Below are positions 28,331 to 38,360 of a DNA stretch of 64,000 nt, piece after piece. How positions within the stretch are numbered: position 1 is the first letter of the stretch; each line of letters opens with the position of its first letter. The position numbers were made by a program, and so were the translations under genes. The notes under the pieces are model-generated. The model saw only the letters and a list, made by a program, of their open reading frames with translations. It did not search any database and was not told the origin of the DNA. The DNA lies in contig JBBISL010000002.1 of assembly GCA_037441285.1 (NCBI GenBank), positions 82,627-146,626 of the forward strand. The letters run 5' to 3'. This DNA comes from a candidate division WOR-3 bacterium (GTDB taxonomy: Bacteria > Hydrothermota > Tepidihabitantia > Tepidihabitantales > Tepidihabitantaceae).

Positions 28331-29950
28331 ATGAAAAGAATACTCCTGTTCTTTTCTCTCTGCACCATCGTCTTGGCGCAGACGCTAACCTTCAGGGATG
28401 TAACGCAGGAGTCCGGCATTGTCGTGCAAGGCGGGCTGGGCTCCTGCGCCGCCTTTGCCGATTATGACAGTGATGGCTACTTAGACATCTGCTTTGACCC
28501 GGGCTCTCAGGTTTATCTGTTCCGAAACAATCAGGACGGCACCTTCACCGATGTCACCCAGAGAGCAGGACTTGCCGGTCTTGACTTTCGCTGTCTGATT
28601 TGGGCTGACTACAACAACGATGGCTTTAGTGACATCCTTGCCAACGACCACGGCACCACCATCTCCCTCTTTCGTAACAATGGGAACGGCACCTTCACTG
28701 ATGTCGCCCCTGCCCTCGGACTGACCCGCGGTGGTAACCGCCCATTGTTTCTTGACTATGACCGGGACGGCTTTCTTGATGTACTCATTATCGACTCAGA
28801 TTCTACCTTCCTTTACCATAGCATATCGTCCGACAGTTTCCGGTTGGCACTAATCTTCTCCTGGGGTGGCAATTCGGGCACCTGCGCCGACTACGACAAC
28901 GACCTTGACCCGGACATCTACCTCTGCCGTAACGGCACCAACAAACTGTTTCGCAACAACGGCGATGGGACCTTCACTGATGTCACCGACGCAGCGGGCG
29001 TCGGTTTCAACGGTAACACCCAGGCAGCGGCATTCGGCGACTTTGACAATGACAATGACCTTGACCTTTATATCACCAACATTGGCGACGGCACCAACAA
29101 ACTCTTCCGTAACAACGGCAACGGGACCTTCACCGATGTCACCAGTTTCTATGGAGTCGCCGATGTTGGCGATGGCAGAACCTGCGACTGGATTGATTTC
29201 AATAACGACCGGCTTCTTGACCTCTTCACCACCAACCATGTAAACCCAAACCGTCTTTTCCGCAATATGGGCTACACCGCGCCTTTTTACAATGTCGCCG
29301 GAGCGGTCAACATTGCAACCCCTACCGACATCTTTGCCGCCAGCTGGGGCGACTATGACAACGACGGCGACCTCGACGCCTTTCTGGTGGGACATTTCGG
29401 CCCGGGCGGCGCCCTGATGCGGGATTCCGGAGGAAATGCCCTCCATCACCTCAAAATAAAACTGGTCGGCACGAGGTCAAACCGTTGCGCCATTGGAGCC
29501 CGGGTTAAAATTTATCGAAACGACACGGTTCAAACCCAGGAGATTTCCGGGGGCAGTGGTCAATACGGCCACAACCCGGCTTTGGTTTACTTCGGACTTG
29601 GCGGAAACATAACTTTTGACTCTCTTGTCGTTATCTGGCCGAGCGGTGCTGTCAACCGAGTTCCCGGGGCAAATGTGGATACGACTCTAACAATTGAAGA
29701 GGCAGCAATTGCGATTGAAGAAAATCCCCGGCAAATCCTGATGCAAACTCTTGTCCGCCCAAACCCTTTTGTCAAACGCACCCGGATTCTAAGTCTACAA
29801 ACCGAAAAGATTTTTTTGTATAACAGTCAGGGTAAGCTGCTGGCTGAACAAAAAGGACCCTGGGTTTGTGAACATCTGCCGGCCGGAGTATATTATCTCG
29901 TCCCGGCAAACCAACCAGACCGCATGGTAAAAATTGTTAAAATAAAATAG
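28331..29950 (+). CDS. Secreted FG-GAP / CRTAC1 (ASPIC-UnbV) protein with T9SS-like CTD
   Basis: DYDNDGDLD and LFRNNGDGTFTDV repeats, SNRCAIGARV...FGLG...IWPSG, CTD PNP...GVYY. Confidence 0.88.
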   Translation: MKRILLFFSLCTIVLAQTLTFRDVTQESGIVVQGGLGSCAAFADYDSDGYLDICFDPGSQVYLFRNNQDGTFTDVTQRAGLAGLDFRCLIWADYNNDGFSDILANDHGTTISLFRNNGNGTFTDVAPALGLTRGGNRPLFLDYDRDGFLDVLIIDSDSTFLYHSISSDSFRLALIFSWGGNSGTCADYDNDLDPDIYLCRNGTNKLFRNNGDGTFTDVTDAAGVGFNGNTQAAAFGDFDNDNDLDLYITNIGDGTNKLFRNNGNGTFTDVTSFYGVADVGDGRTCDWIDFNNDRLLDLFTTNHVNPNRLFRNMGYTAPFYNVAGAVNIATPTDIFAASWGDYDNDGDLDAFLVGHFGPGGALMRDSGGNALHHLKIKLVGTRSNRCAIGARVKIYRNDTVQTQEISGGSGQYGHNPALVYFGLGGNITFDSLVVIWPSGAVNRVPGANVDTTLTIEEAAIAIEENPRQILMQTLVRPNPFVKRTRILSLQTEKIFLYNSQGKLLAEQKGPWVCEHLPAGVYYLVPANQPDRMVKIVKIK

Positions 29951-30030
29951 AAGATAGGTTCTCAACCATACCTCAGGAACACGACATCGCGGTGCGTAAA
30001 ATTAATCTCTAATCACCGGCATAGACAAAA

Positions 30031-30059
30031 TTGACCCATAATTGTTCTCTATTTATCAT
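30031..30059 (+). promoter_or_regulatory. sigma70 promoter for the acyl-CoA synthetase
   Basis: TTGACC, 17 bp, TATCAT; SD AAGGAG before ATG 30090. Confidence 0.6.
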
Positions 30060-30089
30060 ATTAGTTCAAACTTTAATAAAGGAGACAAA

Positions 30090-31815
30090 ATGAAAAAGGA
30101 ACTAATTGAGTTTTTAAAGTTGCGCAATTTCGTTTTAAGCGGTCCTGATTATACTACCTGCCAGCAGAACTTTTACTGGCCCAGGCTGGTAAAATTCAAC
30201 TGGGCGCAGGACTACTTTGACCACATCGCCCGGGACAACCAGAACACGGCGCTAATTTATGCCGACGAAGCCGGTAACGAAAAGAGGGCCACCTTTGAAG
30301 AAATGAGACAGAGAAGCAATCAGGTCGCCAATTTCCTCATCGACCTCGGACTGAAAAAGGGTGACCGGGTACTGGTGATGATGGACCACGCGGTGGAACT
30401 GCACCAGATTTTTCTGGGAATTATGAAAGCGGGCGGGGTAATAATACCGGTTTCAACGCTCCTCTCGCCCGATGATGTCGTTGACCGCATTACCGGCGCC
30501 GGCATCAAGTTTGCCTTTGTCCACCGTGAGTATCTGGACAAGTTTGCAAAGGTGACATCGCTCACCGCTAAAATTTCTGTCAGCACGCCGCCCGTCAGTC
30601 AACCGGACTCCTGGATTGACTTTGCTGTTGTTAGTAAATTCGCCTCCGAATTCAATCCGCCTTTTATCACCTATTCCACCGACGAACTCTGCTCCTTCTT
30701 CACCTCCGGCACCACCGCCAAACCCAAACTGGTTGTCCACACCCACAGCTACCCGGTAGGTCATCTTACCACAACCTACTGGATTGGCTGCAAAAAGGGC
30801 GATATCCATTACAACATCAGCGCCCCGGGCTGGGCAAAGTACACCTGGAGCAGTTTTTTTGCCCCCCTGGAATGCTGAAGCCACCATCTTCGTTTACCGC
30901 TACAAACGGTTTGTCGCCCGAGATGTCCTGTCAATGATGGAAAAGTACCGGGTTACGACCCTGTGCGCGCCCTTAAGTGTCTGGAAACTGTTTCTGGTTG
31001 AGGACCTGACATCATTCCGTTTCTCTTTTCGCCAGCTGGTCAGCGCCGGGGAACCGCTCAACCCGGAAATCCTGCGCCAGGTTAAAGAAAAAATCGGCTT
31101 GGATTTACGCGAAGGATATGGCCAGACCGAAAGCACCCTGATGATTGGCTACTTCATCGGCGAACCAATCCGCGAAGGCTCGCTTGGTAAAGTGGCACCG
31201 GGCTACAACATCGTACCGGTGAACGACCTGCTGGACCCGGTAAAACCGGGCGAAGACGGGCAACTGGCGGTCGAGATATACCCGCTCAAACCGCTCGGGC
31301 TGCTTTACGCCTTAAGCGACCCCGCGAAAAACGCCGAGGTGTTTAAGGGCGGTTACTACCTGACCGGTGATACGGCAACCGTTGACCAAGACGGCTATTT
31401 TCAGTTCATTGGCCGAACCGACGATGTGTTCAAGAGCCTTGACTACCGCATCAGCCCATTCGAAGTTGAAAGCGAATTGATGGAGCATCCTGCGGTCCTT
31501 GAAGTTGCGGTTGTGCCCACAACCGACGAGCGCCAGCGCATTGTGCCCAAGGCGTTCATCGTTCTGAAACCGGGTTTTAACCCCGGTCGTGCAATGGCAC
31601 TTGAAATCTTCCGATTCATCCGCGAGCGCATGGCACCATACAAACGACCCCGTACCGTCGAATTCCTGCGCGAATTTCCCAAGACAATCAGCGCCAAGGT
31701 GATGCGCAAAGACTTAAAGGCATACGACCAGGAACTGAAAAACAAAGGCATCCGGGGTGAATTTGAATTCAGAGAGGCAGATTTCGCTGCCGAACTGGAC
31801 CTCACCCGGAAATAA
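30090..31815 (+). pseudogene. AMP-binding acyl/acetyl-CoA synthetase split by a +1 frameshift at about 30862-30867
   Basis: First frame has FTSGTTAKPK. Second frame has SAGEPLNP, GYGQTE, YLTGD, GRTDDVFKS, PKTISAK. Deleting one C restores WSSFFAPWNAEA. Confidence 0.8.
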
Positions 31816-32125
31816 CCAGAGAGAAAACAGCGAGAACAAGACTCTAAAATAGTAAACGGACACATAATCTGATACTACTAAGGCGCTTTTGTCCGCTCAT
31901 ATAATATTAGAGCCGGGGTTTAAAGAAAATTAACGCTTTTATAACACGATGAAAATTAGTTAGTTAGCGATTAGACACGACCCCCTGGGCCGTTCCGGGG
32001 ACTCTTTCGACCGGGGTTTCCCGTTCGACTTTTGTCTTTATCGCGTTTACCGTATCAATCTTTACCCGTGCTATGTATCCGGTTTTCCTGATAATGCAAC
32101 CTGCCGAGAATCCCACCGGAGCAAA

Positions 32126-32773
32126 TCAAGTTGCCGATTTTCGGGCAACAATTACGACAAAACTGGCTCCGGGTATATAACCTTCCTGCGGCGCTTCAAG
32201 AATCGCCGTCTCTCTTGGACCCTGAAACAGGGTAGAAACGGTGCGCAGGACCTCAAAACCCGCCTGCCGGGTTAGCCCAACAACCGTTTGATAGTCGTCG
32301 AACCGGGCATGTCGGAACAACTGATGCCCCTGCCGTGCCTTCTCAATATAACTTTTCCCCCACTTTCCATTTCGGTCAAGATAACCGTTAACCAATCTAC
32401 CTTCGGGCTTCAGCACCCGATAAATCTCCTTCAACACCGCCCCCGGTTGGGCAAGAAACTCCCACGTGGTCAAGAGAAACACCGTGCCCAACGAACTGTT
32501 TTCAAATGGCAGGCTTTCACCGTAAGCACAGAACACCTGGACCCCGCGCCTTCGGGCAAACTCCAGCAATTTTTCTGAAGGGTCAACACCCATCTCAATT
32601 CCCAGCCGCGCCGCAAATCTGCCACTACCCACGCCAACCTCAAGCCAGGGCTTGGGCAAATCGCCAAGCAAAGGTCTCAGTGCCGCCAGTTCAATCTCAA
32701 ATGCCAGTTTGCCTTTGGTATCGTACCAGGCGTCATACTTTTCCGCCTGGTCATCAAACAGACTTTTCGCCAT
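32126..32773 (-). CDS. Class I SAM-dependent methyltransferase
   Basis: FDDQAEKYDAWY, LEVGVGSGRF, GVDPS, EIYRVLKPEG. Start ATG 32773. Confidence 0.85.
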   Translation of the reverse strand: MAKSLFDDQAEKYDAWYDTKGKLAFEIELAALRPLLGDLPKPWLEVGVGSGRFAARLGIEMGVDPSEKLLEFARRRGVQVFCAYGESLPFENSSLGTVFLLTTWEFLAQPGAVLKEIYRVLKPEGRLVNGYLDRNGKWGKSYIEKARQGHQLFRHARFDDYQTVVGLTRQAGFEVLRTVSTLFQGPRETAILEAPQEGYIPGASFVVIVARKSAT

Positions 32774-32774
32774 T

Positions 32775-33128
32775 TCAGAAGACCAGTACCGTGCACCCGG
32801 CTTCAATGTAACGGGCAACTGCGGGATGACCGTTCCTATCATCCAGGAGTTTCAGCCCCTGTTCCACAACCGCCGGCACCACCGTGTTCTTCTGGGCACA
32901 CGCCCGGCACACGCCCTCAATCAACTGCGCCTTCTTTGCCTGCTGCCAGATATTAGCAAAAGGCTTGGTCTCATTGCGCAAAAGCGAAACCTGCTTGGTC
33001 GCATCCCCCTCAATTACCACCTTCACCTCCCAGCCCCGTTCCTTCATATCAAGCGCATTCAGCAATGTATGGGCAAACACCACCGGGTCCGAACTGATGG
33101 CAAACAGCACCACACTCTTTTTCTCCAT
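32775..33128 (-). CDS. DsrE-family protein
   Basis: HTLLNALDM, VKVVIEGDAT, GVCRACA, GHP. Confidence 0.75.
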   Translation of the reverse strand: MEKKSVVLFAISSDPVVFAHTLLNALDMKERGWEVKVVIEGDATKQVSLLRNETKPFANIWQQAKKAQLIEGVCRACAQKNTVVPAVVEQGLKLLDDRNGHPAVARYIEAGCTVLVF

Positions 33129-33210
33129 ATAATAAATCTATTTTAATTCTCTTTCTCCGTCAATTAGAACAAACCTTGCCAACGCCAGATTTTCCAGTTT
33201 AATAATCTCT

Positions 33211-34260
33211 ATGCGGGCAATGCGGCTCGTGCATCAGGCACCGGTTGAAACCAGCCCTTTGCAACTGCTTGATATCCCCATTCCGGAACCAGACGCCGGT
33301 CAAATCCGGGTTCGTGTTTTGACCTGTGGCGTCTGCCACACCGACCTCCATGAAATCGAAGGTGACCTGAAACTACCCCGACTCCCTTTAACCGTCGGTC
33401 ACGAGATTGTCGGCATTGTTGACAAACACGGTCCGGGTGTTAATTCTCCGTCCATTGGCACGACTGTAGGTATCCCCTGGCTTGCCGCAACCTGCGGTGA
33501 ATGTTCTTACTGCCGGCAAGGACGGGAAAACCTTTGCGAAAACATCCGCTTCACCGGATTTCACAACGACGGCGGCTATGCCGAATACACCCTGGTCCGT
33601 TCGGGCTACTGCTATCCCCTGCCCGAAAACCTCAACCCGGTTACCGCTGCCCCTCTGCTCTGTGCCGGTGTGATTGGCTATCGCGCCTTACGCCTTGCCC
33701 TGCAATTTAACATTTTTCCCGGCTCCTATCCCGAGCCGAATTCGCTTAAACAGCTTGCCATCGCCCTTTACGGATTCGGTGCCTCGGCGCATATCTGCCT
33801 GCAAATCCTCAAATACTGGGGTTGCCGGACCGCAATTTTTACTCGCGCCCCGGTTCATCAAGAACACGCCCGGCAGTTAGGCGCGGACTGGGTCGGCACC
33901 GCTCAGGAGACGCCGCCATTTAAAGTTGATGCCGGTATCATCTTTGCACCGGCGGGTGAACTTGTCCCCATTGCCTTAACCCATCTCAAACCGGGTGGCA
34001 ATCTCACCCTTGCCGGCATCCATATGAGCCCGATTCCATCCTTTGACTACTCCCTCATCTATCACGAGCGCACCATTGGCTCCGTTGCCAACAGCACCCG
34101 TCAAGATGTTATTGACCTCCTGCATCTCGCCGGAAAAATTCCATTAAAAACCACCGTGACACCCTTCCCCCTAAACCGAGCCAACGAAGCACTGATTGCG
34201 GTCAAGCACAGCCGGCTCCCCGGTGCCGCAGTATTAACAATCGAAAAAGACCGTTCTTGA
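33211..34260 (+). CDS. Zinc-dependent alcohol dehydrogenase
   Basis: CGVCHTD, GHE, CGECSYC...ENLC, APLLCAG, GLYGFG-like ALYGFGASA. Confidence 0.9.
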   Translation: MRAMRLVHQAPVETSPLQLLDIPIPEPDAGQIRVRVLTCGVCHTDLHEIEGDLKLPRLPLTVGHEIVGIVDKHGPGVNSPSIGTTVGIPWLAATCGECSYCRQGRENLCENIRFTGFHNDGGYAEYTLVRSGYCYPLPENLNPVTAAPLLCAGVIGYRALRLALQFNIFPGSYPEPNSLKQLAIALYGFGASAHICLQILKYWGCRTAIFTRAPVHQEHARQLGADWVGTAQETPPFKVDAGIIFAPAGELVPIALTHLKPGGNLTLAGIHMSPIPSFDYSLIYHERTIGSVANSTRQDVIDLLHLAGKIPLKTTVTPFPLNRANEALIAVKHSRLPGAAVLTIEKDRS

Positions 34261-34290
34261 CTGCGGAATTGAATCAACAATAATTGAGGC

Positions 34291-35436
34291 GTGAATAAAT
34301 TCAGTAACAACACCAAAACCTACATTAAGAAACTCCGGACCGCGCTGCCCGGACTGGCAAAAAAACATGGCACACCGCTCTTCATCATCAGCCGCACCCT
34401 GCTCCTTGCCCAGCTCAACCGTTTCCGCAAACTCCTGCCCCGGGTTGAACCGTTCTATGCCGTAAAAGCCAACCCCAACCCCGAAGTGATAAAACTCCTC
34501 GCCCAGCACGGCTGTGGCTTTGATGTCGCCTCCGAACCGGAGATTGAACTCGTCCTCGCTGCGGGCGTCAAACCCGAAAGATTGATTTTCGCCAACACCA
34601 TCAAACGGACCGAGGCGATTCAGTTCGCCCGGCGCCGTGGGGTAAATCTGATGACCTTCGACTCCGAATACGAACTCGCCAAAATCGCCCGTTATGCGCC
34701 GCGTGCCCGGGTCCTTGTCCGCATCAAGGTCCCTAATGTCGGCTCGGTTGTGGAACTGTCGCTCAAGTTCGGGGCTGAGATTACCGATGGCGTCCCCTAT
34801 CTGCTCAAGGCGCGCAAACTGGGACTGGAACCGGTGGGCATCGCCTTCCATGTCGGTTCCCAGTGCACCTACGGTAACAACTACCTTGAAGCCCTGGAAC
34901 TTGCCAAGATGATTCTCAACGATGCCGACAAGAAGGGGCTCAAATTAACCATCATTGACATCGGTGGCGGCTTCCCGATTCGCCATTTTGACTCCGATGA
35001 AGACTGGTTTGCTGAGATGGCGCCGGCGCTCAATCTGGAACTGGCGCGGCTGTTTGACCCGGAAATCCGCATCATCGCTGAACCGGGACGGGTGCTCATC
35101 GGACCGGCCGGCATTCTGGTGATGTCGGTTATTGGCAAATCGATTCGCAACAACAAACACTGGTACTACCTTGACGACGGGGTTTACGGTGCGCTCTCCG
35201 GAACGATTTTTGACCGCTGCAAATATCAGTTTGAAGCCCTGAAGAAAGGCTCGACCCAATTGACCACACTTGCCGGACCAACTTGCGACTCCCTTGACAT
35301 CATCTCGCCGGCAGAAGAACTACCCGAACTGGAGCTGGGTGATTTGGTATTTGCCCGTAATATCGGCGCCTACTCAATAACCCATGCCACCAGTTTTAAC
35401 GGCATTCCGCCGGCAAAAACTGTCGTTGTACCCTGA
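34291..35436 (+). CDS. Fold-type III PLP decarboxylase (ornithine / lysine / arginine)
   Basis: FYAVKAN, GFDVAS, FHVGSQ, IDIGGGF, AEPGR, GPTCDSLD, GAYS. Confidence 0.9.
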   Translation: MNKFSNNTKTYIKKLRTALPGLAKKHGTPLFIISRTLLLAQLNRFRKLLPRVEPFYAVKANPNPEVIKLLAQHGCGFDVASEPEIELVLAAGVKPERLIFANTIKRTEAIQFARRRGVNLMTFDSEYELAKIARYAPRARVLVRIKVPNVGSVVELSLKFGAEITDGVPYLLKARKLGLEPVGIAFHVGSQCTYGNNYLEALELAKMILNDADKKGLKLTIIDIGGGFPIRHFDSDEDWFAEMAPALNLELARLFDPEIRIIAEPGRVLIGPAGILVMSVIGKSIRNNKHWYYLDDGVYGALSGTIFDRCKYQFEALKKGSTQLTTLAGPTCDSLDIISPAEELPELELGDLVFARNIGAYSITHATSFNGIPPAKTVVVP

Positions 35437-35445
35437 GGAGGTAGT

Positions 35446-36612
35446 ATGAAGAAAAATTACCGGTATCGGGAAGACCTGAGCGAATTGCCCGACTGGCTGC
35501 GCAAAAGGCGCTGCCCCCGCAAAAAGTTATATCTTTCGGGCAAACGCATCCTCCCCCCTGCCATCACCGGCAAAGAGAAACTGACCGACCTGATTGACGA
35601 AACTTTCCTCGCCTACAACTCGGCTCGGTTACGGCAGGCTTGCGAACTTTTTACCAAAAAGATGCTTGGTCCGAAAACCATTGTCGGAATGTCGCTTGCT
35701 GGTGCCCTGACCCCGGCCGGTTTAGGACCATCCTGCATCGTGCCACTCATTAAAGCCGGATTTGTTGACTGGATTGTTGCCACCGGTGCCAATATGTATC
35801 ACGACCTCCATTTCGCCTTCAACTTTCCGCTTTATGTCGGTTCACCCGCCGTCAACGACGCCGACCTGCGCCAGAACGATGTGGTGAGAATTTACGACAT
35901 CTTCTTAGGGTATACCGACTGCTTGTGCGCCACCGATAACATTCTGCGAAAAATACTTGTTCAGCCCGAATTTCAAAAGGAGATGGGTACCGCCGAGTTC
36001 TACTACCTTCTGGGGAGATACGCCGCCGAATGGGAGGAAAAGACCGGCAACAAAGATGTCAGCGTCCTCGCCGCGGCTTACCGCTGTGGTGTGCCCATCC
36101 ACACCAGTTCACCCGGTGACTCTACCATCGGAATGAACATCGCCGGGCTGGAACTCAAAGGTTTAAAGCTGCGTATCAACCCCTCAATCGATGTCAATGA
36201 AACCACCTCCTATGTCCTTTACGCCAAACGCTCGGGCGGTGAATCCGGTGTCCTTTTGATTGGGGGGGGCTCGCCCAAGAACTTTATGCTTCAGACCGAA
36301 CCCCAGATTCAGGAGATTCTGATGCTGCGCGATGTTGGTCAGGACTACTTTATCCAGTTCACCGATGCCCGGCCCGACACCGGCGGACTTTCCGGCGCCA
36401 CACCCCACGAAGCGGTATCCTGGGGAAAGGTTGACCCGAACCGGTTACCCGATGCGGTAGTCTGCTACCTTGACAGTACGGTTGCCCTGCCCCTTTTGAC
36501 CGCCTACGCCCTTGCCAAACACAAACCGCGCAAACTGCGGCGCCTTTACGACCGAAGACCGGAATTGATGGAAAGGTTGAAAAAAGAGTTTTCCCAGCAC
36601 ACCCGGATTTAA
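35446..36612 (+). CDS. Deoxyhypusine synthase-like protein (SpeY-type homospermidine biosynthesis)
   Basis: [37 protein letters not shown] (catalytic Lys); SD GAGGAGG. Confidence 0.88.
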   Translation: MKKNYRYREDLSELPDWLRKRRCPRKKLYLSGKRILPPAITGKEKLTDLIDETFLAYNSARLRQACELFTKKMLGPKTIVGMSLAGALTPAGLGPSCIVPLIKAGFVDWIVATGANMYHDLHFAFNFPLYVGSPAVNDADLRQNDVVRIYDIFLGYTDCLCATDNILRKILVQPEFQKEMGTAEFYYLLGRYAAEWEEKTGNKDVSVLAAAYRCGVPIHTSSPGDSTIGMNIAGLELKGLKLRINPSIDVNETTSYVLYAKRSGGESGVLLIGGGSPKNFMLQTEPQIQEILMLRDVGQDYFIQFTDARPDTGGLSGATPHEAVSWGKVDPNRLPDAVVCYLDSTVALPLLTAYALAKHKPRKLRRLYDRRPELMERLKKEFSQHTRI

Positions 36613-36614
36613 AC

Positions 36615-38360
36615 TTAAATTTTTTCCAGCTCCTCGGTAATCAACTGGCGCTGATAAAGCCGCCAGTAAAGCCCTTGGCGCATCAGCAGTTCCTCGTGCT
36701 TACCCGCCTCTTTCACCTCACCCTGGTCCAGCATATAGATGTAATCGCAAGCCGCAAGCACCGCCAGCCGATGTGACACCACAATCAAAGTCCGGTCCTT
36801 AACCGCTTCAAACAACCGCTGCAGTAACTCCTGCTCGGTGTCAGCATCGAGCGCCGCGGTAACATCGTCCAGCACCAGAATTGGCGGCATATTGACCAGC
36901 GCCCGGGCAATAGCAACCCGCGCCTTCTGGCCGCCGGAAAGGCCGCTGCCTCTCTCGCCCAGCATTTCATCAATGCCCCGGGGCAACTCCGCCACAACAT
37001 TGGTCAACTGTGCCATCGCCACCACCTGGCGTAATTCGTCATCACTGACCTCGCGTCCGAACAGAATGTTGTTCTTCAATGTATCGGAAAAGAGTGTCGG
37101 TTCCTGAGGGGCATAGCCGAAAAGGTTTCGATACTGCTCAAAATTGTACTCTTTTATATCCTTGCCATTCAAAAGGACGGTGCCACTGGTAGGGTCAATC
37201 AGCCGCATTAATAAATAAAGCACCGTGCTTTTGCCCGAACCAACGGTGCCGGCAATTCCCAGTTTCTTTCCAGGGGGAAACACCACCGTCACATCCTTGA
37301 GCACCCACTTGCTATCATAACTGAAACTGACCCGCTCCAGTTTCAACTCGCCCGGTTCCGGGGTCTTAACTCCTGAGCGCAGTGCCACCTCAGGCTCGGC
37401 TTCAATCAGACCAACAATTCGCTCACCCGCACCCGCTGCCCTGCGCCCGGACACAAATAGGTTGCCGATATCAAACATTGGACCCAGCAGCATCAAAAGG
37501 TAGGCGTTAAAGGCAACAAACTCTCCTATCGTTATTTTCTGACGAATTACAAAGATGCCGCCGGCCCAGAGTATCAACAGCAGCGCAATCTGGGCAATCG
37601 CCATATAAGCCGCCTGGACCCTTGCCTCGGCCTTTGCCTCCTGGACCGCCACCCCGACCCTTTCTACCAGCGCCTGACTAAACTTTTTGCCCAGCTGCTT
37701 CTCCATTACAAACGCCTTGACGAGCCGGATACCGGAAAACGCTACCTGTAACTGATTGTTTACCTCCGCAATCTTCTCGCGCCACTTCATAAACCAGGCG
37801 TAAATTTTTGGTCCCATCTTTATCCAGCCGAGGACGGCAAGACTTGCTGGCATCACCGTAAAAACCGTCAACAGTAAATTCATCCTTATCATCATTACAA
37901 CCGTGAACAGGGCTAAAAGGGCGGCGGCAAGAAAGCGAAATATCCCCGAGCAGGCAAACCAGGAAAGTTCCTGCATGTCGTGGTCCAGTCGTTCCATTAC
38001 ATCACCCGATGGAAACCGGCTGGTGAATCGATAGCCCCGGGCGATAATTTCCCGGAAAACCCGGCTGCGAAACTCCCAGGCAAACAACTCATTGGTTCTA
38101 CCCCGGAGAAACGGTAAGAACCCGTCAAGCGCCGCACGCAACACACCAAACGAAACCAACAGCACACAGTAACGAAGCAGTTTTGCGCTCGTAATTTCCT
38201 GTTTAATCCCGTCAATGATCAAACGCAGTATGTAAGGAAACGCCACCGCCACCGCCGCGCCCAGAACTGTGGTAAAAAAGAGTACCAGTATCAGCAGTTT
38301 GTGCCGGCGCCAGAAGTCAAACACCACCCTTAATCCGCTCCTGGGCCGTATTACTGTCAT
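36615..38360 (-). CDS. ABC exporter half-transporter (TMD-NBD)
   Basis: Six TM helices, GTVGSGKS, LSGGQ, LVLDD (non-canonical catalytic Asp), SH switch. Confidence 0.9.
   Translation of the reverse strand: MTVIRPRSGLRVVFDFWRRHKLLILVLFFTTVLGAAVAVAFPYILRLIIDGIKQEITSAKLLRYCVLLVSFGVLRAALDGFLPFLRGRTNELFAWEFRSRVFREIIARGYRFTSRFPSGDVMERLDHDMQELSWFACSGIFRFLAAALLALFTVVMMIRMNLLLTVFTVMPASLAVLGWIKMGPKIYAWFMKWREKIAEVNNQLQVAFSGIRLVKAFVMEKQLGKKFSQALVERVGVAVQEAKAEARVQAAYMAIAQIALLLILWAGGIFVIRQKITIGEFVAFNAYLLMLLGPMFDIGNLFVSGRRAAGAGERIVGLIEAEPEVALRSGVKTPEPGELKLERVSFSYDSKWVLKDVTVVFPPGKKLGIAGTVGSGKSTVLYLLMRLIDPTSGTVLLNGKDIKEYNFEQYRNLFGYAPQEPTLFSDTLKNNILFGREVSDDELRQVVAMAQLTNVVAELPRGIDEMLGERGSGLSGGQKARVAIARALVNMPPILVLDDVTAALDADTEQELLQRLFEAVKDRTLIVVSHRLAVLAACDYIYMLDQGEVKEAGKHEELLMRQGLYWRLYQRQLITEELEKI

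Noticed and set aside
28515..29145. Four ~40-bp near-repeats (ttccg.aacaa...ggcaccttcac.gatgtc)
   Set aside because: They encode LFRNNGDGTFTDV FG-GAP repeats with synonymous variation and irregular spacing; not CRISPR or DGR.
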